Positions 1 through 9,878 of a stretch of 64,000 bases of DNA are shown in pieces (the first letter of the stretch is position 1; the number at the start of each line of letters is the position of its first letter). Source of the DNA: a virus; the IMG/VR virus record IMGVR_UViG_3300025263_000044, one strand, 5' to 3'. The notes beneath the pieces are model-generated. The model was not told the origin of the DNA. It saw only the letters and a list, made by a program, of their open reading frames with translations, and ran no database searches. The position numbers and the translations under genes are program-made.

Positions 1-11
1 ACGGTGCACCA

Positions 12-1556
12 GTGGCCCGTCCGCTGGTCGTCACTATCGAACGCAACCTCGGAAAGCGCTCCCGTCCAGGCTTTGACCTCGACTATGCGCTCGTTCGCTA
101 CAACTTCGACAAAGTGATGCCTGAGGACCTCGGTGCCCCGCCGGGACAGCCGTTGACCCAAAGCGAGTGGCAAGGTAACAATGGCGTGCCGTTCGTCACC
201 ATTGACGGCGAAAGCACTCGAGACATCGATGACGCCGTCTTCGCGCGTCCGCTGGAGGGTGGTGGCTGGGAAGTTCAAGTAGCCATTGCAGACGTCTCCT
301 GGTATGTGCACGAAGGCTCGGACATCGATGCTTGGGCCGCAGAGCGCTGCACCTCGTTGTACCTGCCTGGCCGGACATACCCGATGCTGCCTGAAAGTCT
401 GTCGGTCGACCGCTGCTCACTGGTGCCAGGGAAGGCGCGCCGCGCGGTGGTCATGGTGCTCGAACTCGACGCAGCTGGCCAAGTGCTGTCCCATAAGCTC
501 GAGCGCGCACTCATCGAATCTGCGGCACGACTTACGTACACGCAGGTGGCTGGCTTTATGGCTGGCAAACCAGACGTCCGATTTGCCATGCCGGTGGAGC
601 AAAGCCTGCAAGCGTTGATGGACGTCTACCACGTACTCGCAGAACGTCGCCTGCAGGATGGCCGGCTGGACTTTGACGAGCCTGAACCGACGATGGTGCA
701 AGGCGCCGACGGCACCTGGTCTTTGAGCTGGGAGAGCCGCAACGACGCGCATAAGCTTGTTGAGGAGCTGATGCTCCTGGCGAATCGCACCGCGGCCGCG
801 ATGCTGGTGCAGCGTTATGGCGCCGGCCTGTTCCGATTCCAACCTCCACCGGATGCACAATCGTGGGGCGAGCTGAAGTCCTGGGCGCAAACCAAATCGC
901 ATGCGTTGCCTGCTTCACCTAGCCTGCGGGCTATGGCCGACCTGGTCGCCGCGCAACCGACATCCGAGGCCCAGGCCGCCGCGGCATTGAAAATCCGTTC
1001 GACGATGCAACCGGCGCGCTACGTTGTTCAGCAGCGTCATGAGCAAGGCGGTCATTTCTCCCTGAGCGTCGAGTGGTATACGCACTTCACGAGCCCGATT
1101 CGCCGGTACGCTGACTTGTTGGTGCACCGTCTGCTGCTGGCGCCAGAAGGGCATCAGCTCGCTGCGAAGGACTGGGATGTCCTGACCAAGAAGGTGGCCC
1201 AGTGCTCGGACCGCGCACAAGCCGCGCGTATGGCGGAACGAATGGTTTGGGACCGGCTCAAGCTGCAAGGCTTCCTGGCCGCCAATTCGACCAGCGACAT
1301 CGTGCTTGCGCGTATCGTGCGGACGAACCAGCGTGGCATCCGGGTGGTGATTTCCGGATGGCAGTGCAGTGCCTGGCTACCAGGAAGTGACTTGCGTGTG
1401 AACGGATTCCAGTGGTTGGATGACGTTTGGGTTGGCGCCGGCGGGGATGCGGTGCCAGTGCTGCACGAAGGTGTCCAAGTGCCCGTGTCCTGGACTTCAC
1501 TGTCGCTCGCGCGGCCGGCGTATCCGGAACTGCAAGTACAGCTTCGTCGAGGGTGA
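12..1556 (+). CDS. RNB-domain 3'-5' exoribonuclease (RNase II/R family), probably 5'-truncated by the window edge
   Basis: TIDGESTRDIDDA catalytic Asp motif and HFTSPIRRYADLLVHRLL motif; the frame is open upstream of position 12. Confidence 0.9.
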   Translation: MARPLVVTIERNLGKRSRPGFDLDYALVRYNFDKVMPEDLGAPPGQPLTQSEWQGNNGVPFVTIDGESTRDIDDAVFARPLEGGGWEVQVAIADVSWYVHEGSDIDAWAAERCTSLYLPGRTYPMLPESLSVDRCSLVPGKARRAVVMVLELDAAGQVLSHKLERALIESAARLTYTQVAGFMAGKPDVRFAMPVEQSLQALMDVYHVLAERRLQDGRLDFDEPEPTMVQGADGTWSLSWESRNDAHKLVEELMLLANRTAAAMLVQRYGAGLFRFQPPPDAQSWGELKSWAQTKSHALPASPSLRAMADLVAAQPTSEAQAAAALKIRSTMQPARYVVQQRHEQGGHFSLSVEWYTHFTSPIRRYADLLVHRLLLAPEGHQLAAKDWDVLTKKVAQCSDRAQAARMAERMVWDRLKLQGFLAANSTSDIVLARIVRTNQRGIRVVISGWQCSAWLPGSDLRVNGFQWLDDVWVGAGGDAVPVLHEGVQVPVSWTSLSLARPAYPELQVQLRRG

Positions 1557-1559
1557 CCT

Positions 1560-2228
1560 ATGACCGCAACCCTCACTCGAACGACTCGCGCATCAATGCG
1601 CGTCACCAGTCTCTTGTCCGGGGCCGTATTGTCGGCCATCGTGATGAGCAGCATACCGACCTGGCCAACGCCAGGCGCCGTCGCCGCGTCTGCTGATTAC
1701 GCCGCACTGCAGGACTCCAAGCCTGTACCGCAGAAACGCAATCCGTTCGATGAGGACACCATTGCCGCTTATCTTGAGCGCGAATGGAACCTTGGCCAGC
1801 AGTATGCCTCACAAGTAGCGTCCGCCGTAAAGTCATCGTCGCAGCGGCACGGGCTGGACCCGCTGCTGCTGATGGCAGTGGCCGCCACTGAGTCTTCTTT
1901 CAAGCATTGGGTTGGCAATCCGGGTGGAGGCGCTGACCCAATGAAGCCTTTCGGCATCATGCAGGTAGCTGGCCGCTTCCATCCGGACAAATTCCCAGGT
2001 GGTGCGGTGAAGTCGACATCGGTCATCGAGAACGTTGACCTCGGCGCCCAGGTGTTACGGGAATACCTGAACACCGAGCGCGGTAATGAGAAGCGGGCAC
2101 TGCTGCGCTATAACGGCACGTTGCACGTCAGCGACAAATACTTCCAGAAAGTGAGCCAGTTCAAAAAGCGCCTGCTCCGTGGGCTCCTTGCTCAAAGTAC
2201 AGTCGATGCGACGGTGCAGTCCGGCTAA
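1560..2228 (+). CDS. Lytic transglycosylase (SLT domain) with N-terminal signal or anchor
   Basis: AVAATESSF catalytic Glu, GIMQV motif, ALLRYNG motif; hydrophobic N-terminus. Confidence 0.85.
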   Translation: MTATLTRTTRASMRVTSLLSGAVLSAIVMSSIPTWPTPGAVAASADYAALQDSKPVPQKRNPFDEDTIAAYLEREWNLGQQYASQVASAVKSSSQRHGLDPLLLMAVAATESSFKHWVGNPGGGADPMKPFGIMQVAGRFHPDKFPGGAVKSTSVIENVDLGAQVLREYLNTERGNEKRALLRYNGTLHVSDKYFQKVSQFKKRLLRGLLAQSTVDATVQSG

Positions 2229-2338
2229 GCATCTGACAGTAAACGGATTTTTCTGTGGCGGCTGCTCGGATAGGCGGCCGTATTCGTTTTGTGGGGGAGT
2301 TAAGTAGGGCGACCGAATAGCATTTTTCAATTGCCCAC

Positions 2339-2366
2339 TTGCAAAAGTGTCGTTCTATGGTATACT
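2339..2366 (+). promoter_or_regulatory. Sigma70-like promoter for the HU gene
   Basis: TTGCAA-16 nt-TATACT with an extended -10 TG. Confidence 0.6.
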
Positions 2367-2426
2367 AATTCACATCGCAGTTAAACAAACACTGTGAAGT
2401 GTAACCAAACCTGGAGCAATTGAGAA

Positions 2427-2729
2427 ATGTCCACCACCCAGAACACCCCGACGTTCAACCTGAAAGACTTGTCCGACAATGTCGCCGAGCAGTTCAAAAT
2501 GACCCACCAGAACGGCGCCGATATCGTCCGTTTCGTGTTCGACCGCATCAAGGATGAGCTGGCCGCCGGCAAGCAAGTTCGCCTGCACAAGTTCGGCACC
2601 CTGGAAGCGCGCCAGCGCGCAGCCGGCGTAGCTCGCAACCCGGTTACTGGCGCCCGCATCGACGTCCCAACCCGCCGTGTGGTCAAGCTGACCGTGTCCC
2701 CTGCGCTGAAAGGCCAGCTGGGTAAGTAA
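2427..2729 (+). CDS. HU/IHF-family DNA-binding protein
   Basis: VRLHKFGTLEARQRAAGVARNPVTGARIDVP matches the HU signature. Confidence 0.92.
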   Translation: MSTTQNTPTFNLKDLSDNVAEQFKMTHQNGADIVRFVFDRIKDELAAGKQVRLHKFGTLEARQRAAGVARNPVTGARIDVPTRRVVKLTVSPALKGQLGK

Positions 2730-2836
2730 TTCCGCGGCAGATGTAGGAGTCTTTGCTTCAGCATCTGCATATACAAAGCTATACGGAATCGGCGACACAA
2801 AAGAGGTCGCCGCCATTTTCAAACAGAAGGAATCTC

Positions 2837-3562
2837 ATGAAACAATTCAAGAAACTGTCGGCCGCAATGCTGCTGGCTGCCCTGGGCATGGCTGGCTCCG
2901 CTATGGCTGCCGATGACCTGTCCGTAACCGGTGGTGTGCACGGCGCGACCGGCTACCAGTACCGTGGCATCCAGTTCTCCGACGGTGAAGCGTCCATCGG
3001 CGCGCACATCACCGCTGCGCACTCCTCGGGCCTGTACGGCACCCTGAAAACCGATACCATCAAGCTGACCGAAGGCACCGGCCGCCACCAGTTCCAGAGC
3101 GCCCTGACCGTTGGCTACACCGAATCCCTGTCGTCCGGCCTGAAGGTCAACGGCGGCTTCACCCGCAACATCTTCTCCGGCAAAGACCATGCGTCCGTCC
3201 TGTCCTTCAGCGAAGCCTTCGTCGGCGCGAACTGGAACGGCGTCAGCGGCAAGATTTCGACCGTCGTGGAAGGCGCCAAGCTGCAAGTTCCGGGCTTCTC
3301 GCAAGGCGACACCTACGGTGAGCTGGGCTACACCCACACCATCGGCAAGTACTCCGTCGGCGGCGACGTAGGCTACAACTGGTACGACAGCAAGAACATC
3401 GGCACCAAGAACGGCCTGGCCCTGGCCCAAGTGCGCGCGACCTACGCCATCAACAAGCAAACCCACGTGATGGTGGCTCACCAGTTTGCCGGCGACGACG
3501 CCTACGGCGACACCAACACCGGTGCCCACAAGACCGTGCTGAAGTTCTGCTACATGTTCTAA
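2837..3562 (+). CDS. TorF-like (TIGR02001-type) outer-membrane beta-barrel protein
   Basis: Signal peptide MKQFKKLSAAMLLAALGMAGSAMA, YQYRGIQFSD motif, C-terminal aromatic YMF; start moved to ATG 2837 behind the AGAAGGA RBS. Confidence 0.7.
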   Translation: MKQFKKLSAAMLLAALGMAGSAMAADDLSVTGGVHGATGYQYRGIQFSDGEASIGAHITAAHSSGLYGTLKTDTIKLTEGTGRHQFQSALTVGYTESLSSGLKVNGGFTRNIFSGKDHASVLSFSEAFVGANWNGVSGKISTVVEGAKLQVPGFSQGDTYGELGYTHTIGKYSVGGDVGYNWYDSKNIGTKNGLALAQVRATYAINKQTHVMVAHQFAGDDAYGDTNTGAHKTVLKFCYMF

Positions 3563-3585
3563 ACAGCCGGCCGGGTAAGACAGAG

Positions 3586-3615
3586 AAGCCCATTGCGAAA
3601 GCAGTGGGCTTTTTT
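3586..3615 (+). terminator. Rho-independent terminator
   Basis: AAGCCCATTGC-GAAA-GCAGTGGGCTT followed by a T tract. Confidence 0.85.
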
Positions 3616-3714
3616 GCTTTCACTTACGCGTTTTGCGGATGCCGGCGGCGAGCCGCGCAAAGCTATACCGAGAAGGATTGGGTATTCCGCCCATACTTTT
3701 AAGAGGACACAATC

Positions 3715-4296
3715 ATGCAATACATTCACGGCGACTGGTCGCACATCTTCCATCAAAACGGCCCGGACGTTTCGGTACGCATCTGCTTTGATACGCAGCG
3801 CAACGCCTTGACCCACATGAAAGTAAAGACGGCTAAAGGCTGGGCAAAACCGTCGCAAGAAGAACTGGCCGACGTTGAAGACAGTCTCAAAACCGCCAAC
3901 AGCGAGGCCCTGGAGAATCCGGACCATTGGGGCCTGGAAGCATCGGACACGCCGCCTGCCTGGGTGCCGACAACCATCCGCCTCGTGCTGGACGTCGATT
4001 TCATCCTCAACGGTGTTTCGAAAGAGACGCTGGCCGACAACTTGCGTAACCTGGTCACGCAAGGTTATTACAATGGCTTGATGTCCGGCGACACGGCGGC
4101 AGAGATTAGCGACTATGGCGTAAAGACCATCGTGCTGTCCCAGCCGCTGCCTGAAGCTGAACTCGTTGAGCACTTCGCACAGCGCATCAATGACGGGCAG
4201 CTTTCGGCGGAGGATATCCCAGTTCGCCTGGCGCGCTACGGCCAGATGGATGCTACGGACTTCGATGACGAAATGCGCGAACGCATGGGCAAATAA
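3715..4296 (+). CDS. Hypothetical protein
   Basis: 193-aa ORF, AGAGGA RBS, GCTATAC motif at 3662. Confidence 0.8.
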   Translation: MQYIHGDWSHIFHQNGPDVSVRICFDTQRNALTHMKVKTAKGWAKPSQEELADVEDSLKTANSEALENPDHWGLEASDTPPAWVPTTIRLVLDVDFILNGVSKETLADNLRNLVTQGYYNGLMSGDTAAEISDYGVKTIVLSQPLPEAELVEHFAQRINDGQLSAEDIPVRLARYGQMDATDFDDEMRERMGK

Positions 4297-4314
4297 CAAG
4301 CTTGCCCTCACCTC

Positions 4315-4345
4315 AAGCACCTCCTTCGGGAGGTGTTTTCTTTTC
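4315..4345 (+). terminator. Rho-independent terminator
   Basis: AAGCACCTCC-TTCG-GGAGGTGTTT followed by a T tract. Confidence 0.85.
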
Positions 4346-4699
4346 TGCGAACGAAGCGAGTGTTGGTTTGTCCAAGACAAAGCAGGTAGTATCACGGCAC
4401 AGCTAATTGTGCCATTTTGTAAGATTTTGTGAATGTCAATCAAATTCAAATATTTTAGAGGAGACACTAAAGTTTTCTTCAGGCATGCCGATAATCCTTG
4501 ATAGCTGTTATTCCGCCCCTATTGCTGTGGTATCCGCCTCGAAAATGCGGGAACGTGCGGAAGCAGTGTTTGCGAACTTGCCATTTTGCGCTATGGGCGC
4601 TACGTGATAACACGTAGTGCTCTTCTTGTCGTATTATGGGAAAGGCGCTAATCTTTGATTTTAGTCATAGGAGGCTCGCCCCTCCGGAAGGTAATATTT

Positions 4700-6199
4700 A
4701 TGGGATTGAGAGCGCTCTTCGCAAGGCTCTATTTCCGAAATCGACGTACTTCAGCGAATGTGGCCACGTTCCCGTCTGAAGTGTTTTGGCGCTCAGTTTG
4801 CAGCCTCAAGCAGCCGGTGCTGCTGGTGGTCGGGGACGGGCTGGAAGTGGTTGCCGCAACCGAAGAAGCTCACGAGCTCTTTGGTAGCAATAAGGCAATT
4901 GAAATTTGCAACTTGCTGAAGAGCGGCTTGGACCCGCACATTTTGGAACGCATCCAGTTGGCAACGAAGTATCCAGCATCGCTGGTCACCGACCTGCCAA
5001 TTCGCATGCAGAGCCAGACCGCTTATTTGAACGTGAGCGTAACGGTATCTATGGTGCCGGAGTACCCTGCTCAAAACGCGGCGCTGCTGTTTTTGAAAGA
5101 CCTGTCCGGTCAATCCTTCCCGGCGTGGGCACTCATCACGCGGGAGGTGCTGTCGCGGGTGCCGCTACCAGCTTGGGTGGTGGATTCTGCAGGTGGCATT
5201 GTGTTTTCGAATGCGTCCTACCGGCAGTTTCCGTTGGAGCGTGTGCGTACGGAGTTGTCGGCCACCAGCACCAACCAGGAGGTGCTCGAGCGGATGTCGC
5301 GGATTCAGTCTGAGTTGAGCCGGCTCCAGGCTAAATCACGCGTAAGCGGTGCGGTGATGGATAGCACCTACGATATGGGGGAGTATGGGCACTGGCGAGT
5401 GGTGCATTTCCCGTTAAAGAGCGCAGACACTGAACGTGTGGTGGCCGTGCTCGCTATGCCTATCGACGCTGTGCGGGTACGCGGCGCCGGCGGAGATGAC
5501 GAAATTATCTCGGCGGAGACGAGCCAAGCAACATTGGCTCACGTGCTTCAAGTGCGAGAGGCGGAGCGAACGGCGCTGGCTCGCGAGCTTCACGACTCGG
5601 TCGGACAGGAGCTCCACGTTTTAAAGCTTGAACTGCGCCAGCTGAATAATTTAGTGGTCACCACAGCTGGTAGCACTCCAACGGTGGTGACCCAGTTTGA
5701 ATCGGTGCGGGAGCTGGTCGACCGTATCGCAAAGACCGCTCGGCGCATTGCGTACCAGATGCGGCAGGACCTGGCCAACGTCAAAGGCCTGGCGCACTCG
5801 GTGCAGGAGCTGGTGCTGGACCTACGCAACAGGCTCGGCGTGCAGATTCAGCTCGAGATTGACCAGGGCTGGGTGGAGCCAGAACCAGGTATGGCGCACA
5901 ACATGTACCGCAGCGTGCAGGAAATGCTCAACAATGTGAGCAAGCATTCCATGGCAAAGCGTTGCCTGGTGCGGATGGGCTTGAACGATAGTATGTACTG
6001 GCTTGATGTCAGTGATGATGGGGTGGGAATGCCGGCGGTCCGTAAGACGCGGTCGATTGGGTTGAGCAGTCTCACGGAGAGGGCCGAAATCTACGGCGGG
6101 CGGGTTATCATTACTAGCCGACCGGAAGTAGAGGGAACACTGGTCCGAATAGAGCTTCCAGAACGCCGAATTCAGCCGGCGGGAAAGGGCTCTGGTTAG
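4700..6199 (+). CDS. Sensor histidine kinase, HisKA_3 (NarX/UhpB-like), with PAS-like N-terminal domains
   Basis: H box ARELHDSVGQEL, N box QEMLNNVSKHS, G1 VSDDGVG, G2 SIGLSSL; start uncertain (4655 or 4700). Confidence 0.88.
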   Translation: MGLRALFARLYFRNRRTSANVATFPSEVFWRSVCSLKQPVLLVVGDGLEVVAATEEAHELFGSNKAIEICNLLKSGLDPHILERIQLATKYPASLVTDLPIRMQSQTAYLNVSVTVSMVPEYPAQNAALLFLKDLSGQSFPAWALITREVLSRVPLPAWVVDSAGGIVFSNASYRQFPLERVRTELSATSTNQEVLERMSRIQSELSRLQAKSRVSGAVMDSTYDMGEYGHWRVVHFPLKSADTERVVAVLAMPIDAVRVRGAGGDDEIISAETSQATLAHVLQVREAERTALARELHDSVGQELHVLKLELRQLNNLVVTTAGSTPTVVTQFESVRELVDRIAKTARRIAYQMRQDLANVKGLAHSVQELVLDLRNRLGVQIQLEIDQGWVEPEPGMAHNMYRSVQEMLNNVSKHSMAKRCLVRMGLNDSMYWLDVSDDGVGMPAVRKTRSIGLSSLTERAEIYGGRVIITSRPEVEGTLVRIELPERRIQPAGKGSG

Positions 6200-6233
6200 G
6201 TAGTCCAGGCAATAATAAAAAAGGGGTGTTGAG

Positions 6234-6869
6234 GTGGATGTTACAGAAGTGATTGTCGTTGATGACCACGCCATGGTGCGGAAGGGGGTTACGCTCCTTC
6301 TGCAGGAGCTCGGCTGGTCTATTGCTGCGGAAGCTGGTTCTATTCAGCAGGCCAACTTAGCTGTGCGGACCACCAGCTGGTCCATGATGGTGCTGGACCT
6401 GACCCTGCCCGACGGTGACGGGTTATCCTTCCTGCAAGAACTGCGTTCGGAAGGCTACAAGCAGCCTATCCTGGTGCATAGCCTGATGCCCGACAGCGCG
6501 GTTGCCGGCCGCGTGTTCAAGATGGGTGGCAGTGGCTTTATCAGCAAGACCTGCGAGCCAGACGATTTCCTTGCTGCCTGCCGAAAGGTTATTGCCGGCG
6601 GCCGTTACGTCAGTCCCGAGTATGCGGAGGAACTGGCCATGTCGCTCGCCGGCGGTACTCCGGCCAACCTGCATGAAAAGCTGTCAGAACGCGAATACCA
6701 GGTCATGTGCCATATCGCGTCCGGCAAGACCCCGTCCCAGGTCGCAGCGTCGATTGGATGCAGCGTGAACACGATAAGTACGTTCCGCTCCCGCATCCTG
6801 AAGAAGCTGGACCTTAAAACCAGCATGGACATCATGAAGTACGCCACCATGCATAAGCTGGTGGCCTGA
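6234..6869 (+). CDS. NarL/LuxR-family response regulator
   Basis: VVDDH acidic pocket, VLDLTLPD phosphoacceptor, conserved Lys in GFISK, LSEREYQV LuxR HTH. Confidence 0.92.
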   Translation: MDVTEVIVVDDHAMVRKGVTLLLQELGWSIAAEAGSIQQANLAVRTTSWSMMVLDLTLPDGDGLSFLQELRSEGYKQPILVHSLMPDSAVAGRVFKMGGSGFISKTCEPDDFLAACRKVIAGGRYVSPEYAEELAMSLAGGTPANLHEKLSEREYQVMCHIASGKTPSQVAASIGCSVNTISTFRSRILKKLDLKTSMDIMKYATMHKLVA

Positions 6870-6880
6870 CAACTTTGTGA

Positions 6881-7639
6881 TTATGCGGCCGGCACGGGTA
6901 TAGCCCAGATGTCGGCCAGCTCCTGGATGTGCACTTCAATGTTCTGGAGCGTGAAGCCGCCATCCTCGGCACGATACCTGTTTTCAAGTTTGACAACGCG
7001 TGCTGACGGAATGTGCTTCGTAACCAGGGCGCAAAGCGCAGCCCGGCTCGAGTCACAATCGTTGACCACCCATTCCCCCTCGCTGTCGGCCGCGAAAGCA
7101 AAGCCGCGCGCCAGCATGTCGGCCTGCCACTTGAGATTGTCCGTTCCCGCGGCCGCAGCAGGCGATTCTTCGGCTTGGCGGAAAACACCGTACAGCATGC
7201 AGCTGAGCGACACGAAGCAGCCGCCCTTGCCAAAACGGATGTCGCCGATGTAACCAAAGCCTTCCTGGTCCCACCACTTTTCCAGGTGGGAAGTCAGCTG
7301 GCCGAGGCTTCCTTGCAGCATATCTGGGGCGTGTGCGCGACCCAGCTGCGCTTCTAGCTCCTTGACTCGAGCGCGCATGCGCTTCATTTCTTCGTTGCGG
7401 CGCAGGACCTCATCGGCGCCGTCAATAACCACGCCCAGGGTTTTGCCGAGGCCGGCCAAGTTGTATTCAACAGCCTTCAGGCACCCGACTGCTTGCTGCT
7501 CGGTCAAGGCAACCTGGCTAATGTCTGCGTTGGGCTTGAGGTAGCTGTGCAGTAAGGCACCAGCTTGCTGCAGTTTGACCAGAGCGCTGCAAGCTACTGC
7601 ACGCGTGTCAGCGGTCAAGTTAACAATGGGTCCGGACAT
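6881..7639 (-). CDS. Hypothetical protein (coiled-coil N-terminus)
   Basis: 252-aa ORF with a GGAGA RBS. Confidence 0.75.
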   Translation of the reverse strand: MSGPIVNLTADTRAVACSALVKLQQAGALLHSYLKPNADISQVALTEQQAVGCLKAVEYNLAGLGKTLGVVIDGADEVLRRNEEMKRMRARVKELEAQLGRAHAPDMLQGSLGQLTSHLEKWWDQEGFGYIGDIRFGKGGCFVSLSCMLYGVFRQAEESPAAAAGTDNLKWQADMLARGFAFAADSEGEWVVNDCDSSRAALCALVTKHIPSARVVKLENRYRAEDGGFTLQNIEVHIQELADIWAIPVPAA

Positions 7640-7663
7640 ACTTTCTCCTAAGTTGATTGCTCA

Positions 7664-7678
7664 TTATATGGTATACTG
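7664..7678 (+). promoter_or_regulatory. Extended -10 sigma70 promoter for ruvB
   Basis: TTATATGGTATACTG; the identical 15-mer occurs at 55161-55175. Confidence 0.55.
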
Positions 7679-7704
7679 TGATGATACTCAATAAGAGGTG
7701 AGCA

Positions 7705-8760
7705 ATGAATACCACCGCGCGCCCGCGCAAATCTCGCGCTGCCGACACTGCTGCGGCGCCGGCCGAGCAAGCTCCGATTAAATCCCCGCAGGCCCAGGCT
7801 GGCGAACCAGGTGAGGACCGTGCACTGCGCCCCAAGAGCCTGGCTGATTATGTTGGCCAGCAAGCGCTGCGCGACCAGCTCGCAATCTTCCTTGCCGCGG
7901 CCAAGCACCGGTCGGAGGCTCTCGACCATGTGCTGCTGTTCGGGCCGCCGGGCTTGGGGAAAACGACGTTGGCGCAAATCATCGCTTACGAACTGGGGGC
8001 CGGGCTCAAGGTGACATCCGGGCCGGTGCTCGAGAAACCCGGCGACCTGGCTGCGCTGCTCACGCAGCTCTCCCCCAATGACGTGCTGTTCATCGACGAG
8101 ATTCATCGCCTGCCACCGGTGGTGGAGGAAGTCTTGTACCCGGCCATGGAGGATTACAAGCTCGATATCATGGTCGGCGAGGGTAAGGAAGCGCGCACCG
8201 TAACTGTTCCGTTGTCGCCCTTCACCTTGGTCGGCGCAACCACGCGCGCCGGCAGCTTGTCAGCGCCACTGCGTGACCGCTTCGGCATTACCGGCCGGAT
8301 GGAGTATTACACCGCGGAGGAACTGGAAGCCATCGTCAGCCGCTCGGCGGGCTTGCTCAGTGTTGACATGGCGCCGGGCGCCGCGCTGGAGGTGGCCAAG
8401 CGAGCGCGCGGTACCCCCCGAATTGCCAACCGGCTGCTGCGGCGCGTGCGTGACTATGCGACGGTTAACGGCGAAACCGAAGGGCAGGTCGACCTGGTCG
8501 ATGCAAAGGCTGCGCTGGGAATGCTCGGTATCGACGTCGCAGGCCTCGATACCTTGGACCGGCGCCTGATGCAAACCATGCTGGATTTCTACTCCGGCGG
8601 ACCCGTTGGCATCGAAACACTCGCGGCCGCGCTGGGAGAGGCACGCGATACGCTGGAAGATGCGGTTGAGCCTTATCTGATTCAACAGGGCCTGCTCCAG
8701 CGTACGCCTCGCGGCCGGCAGGTCACCGACATTGCGCGCAAGCACCTGGCCGGCGCATGA
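7705..8760 (+). CDS. ruvB: Holliday junction branch-migration helicase RuvB
   Basis: [70 protein letters not shown]. Confidence 0.96.
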   Translation: MNTTARPRKSRAADTAAAPAEQAPIKSPQAQAGEPGEDRALRPKSLADYVGQQALRDQLAIFLAAAKHRSEALDHVLLFGPPGLGKTTLAQIIAYELGAGLKVTSGPVLEKPGDLAALLTQLSPNDVLFIDEIHRLPPVVEEVLYPAMEDYKLDIMVGEGKEARTVTVPLSPFTLVGATTRAGSLSAPLRDRFGITGRMEYYTAEELEAIVSRSAGLLSVDMAPGAALEVAKRARGTPRIANRLLRRVRDYATVNGETEGQVDLVDAKAALGMLGIDVAGLDTLDRRLMQTMLDFYSGGPVGIETLAAALGEARDTLEDAVEPYLIQQGLLQRTPRGRQVTDIARKHLAGA

Positions 8761-9011
8761 TACCGACCTACCACGCCAAGGAGCGTTGGGCTGAACGCTT
8801 CCCTGGTTTGGATATGGCAACCACCTATCTCCGAGCGCGCGCCCGGGTTGGTAGGAAAACCCGCAAGGCAATCCGCGAGGCCTGCCCGGTGCATTCTGGA
8901 CTGCTGACGGGAACCTTTCAGGGCATTTATTACTTGATAACGACTGACGATATTGTGTTCGTGATGACGCAGCCTGAAAAGGTAATCACGGTATTCCAGT
9001 TGGCACGGTGA
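8757..9011 (+). CDS. Hypothetical protein (possible small RNase-like fold, HAKERWAER)
   Basis: ATGA overlap with the ruvB stop. Confidence 0.7.
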   Translation: MIPTYHAKERWAERFPGLDMATTYLRARARVGRKTRKAIREACPVHSGLLTGTFQGIYYLITTDDIVFVMTQPEKVITVFQLAR

Positions 9012-9065
9012 GGATTCCTATACTTCTTCGTAGGACACTATTTAGCTAACCACACGAGGAAAGAA

Positions 9066-9401
9066 ATGAAACCAATTGTTGAACGAATCGTCATCACCCG
9101 CCTGCGCGACGTACATGGCTGGACCACGGACCCAGTATGGGACAATCGTGTATCCAAGTCGTTTAATACGACCCAAGGTCTGATGACCGCGGCGGCACGT
9201 GTCGTCACATCGTCGATGGTCGAACACTACCCGCTGATGGCGAGCTGCCTGGCGGACGGTGACAACGTTCTGACGGGTTGCATCGCCTACATCCCGGACG
9301 GTGCCAAGGAAGAAACGATTCACGCGCTCACCGATGCATTTGCTGAGCAGGTTGACCTGCAAATGGCAAACTCATTCGAGTATCAGCTGCTTGCTGCATA
9401 A
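9066..9401 (+). CDS. Hypothetical protein
   Basis: GAGGA RBS, CCTATAC at 9017, terminator downstream. Confidence 0.75.
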   Translation: MKPIVERIVITRLRDVHGWTTDPVWDNRVSKSFNTTQGLMTAAARVVTSSMVEHYPLMASCLADGDNVLTGCIAYIPDGAKEETIHALTDAFAEQVDLQMANSFEYQLLAA

Positions 9402-9412
9402 AGCAATACTCC

Positions 9413-9445
9413 TAAGCCCGGCTACTGCTGGGCTTATTCTTTTTT
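9413..9445. terminator. Rho-independent terminator between convergent genes
   Basis: TAAGCCCGGC-TACT-GCTGGGCTTA followed by a T tract. Confidence 0.75.
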
Positions 9446-9494
9446 ACCTGCTGCACGCAAAAGAAAATCGCTCCACAAAGGGAGCGATTGAGGC

Positions 9495-9878
9495 TTACTT
9501 GTCGAACTTGCGCGGGCGCTTAATCAGGTCGTAATGCATCATGGTTTCGCGCAGGTTGTCGCCCAGGCGCTTATCCAAGTCAGTATCCAGCACACCGATT
9601 TGACGGCAGTTCTTCACGAAATGGGAATCGATGGAATACAGGGCCGTATCGCGTACGCGAATGGTGACCTGGTCCGCCTTGAAGCTCGTACCTGGGTAGG
9701 CAGGGCTTTTCTTCGTGATGAGTACCGACCCTGGCTTGATTACGCCAGAGCGCTCATAGTTGGTCGAGCAAGGTGCTACAGCTACACGACCATCAACCAT
9801 CCCCAGTACAACTGCAGGGCGGCTTTTACGCGAAGGGTCATTCGGGAAGACCATACCGGTCACAACTACAAATTTCAT
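9495..9878 (-). CDS. PemK/MazF-like protein
   Basis: RKSRPAVVLG...VAVAPCST resembles the PemK/MazF K-x-R-P-x-V-V ... V-x-P-x-S/T pattern; 127 aa. Confidence 0.55.
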   Translation of the reverse strand: MKFVVVTGMVFPNDPSRKSRPAVVLGMVDGRVAVAPCSTNYERSGVIKPGSVLITKKSPAYPGTSFKADQVTIRVRDTALYSIDSHFVKNCRQIGVLDTDLDKRLGDNLRETMMHYDLIKRPRKFDK

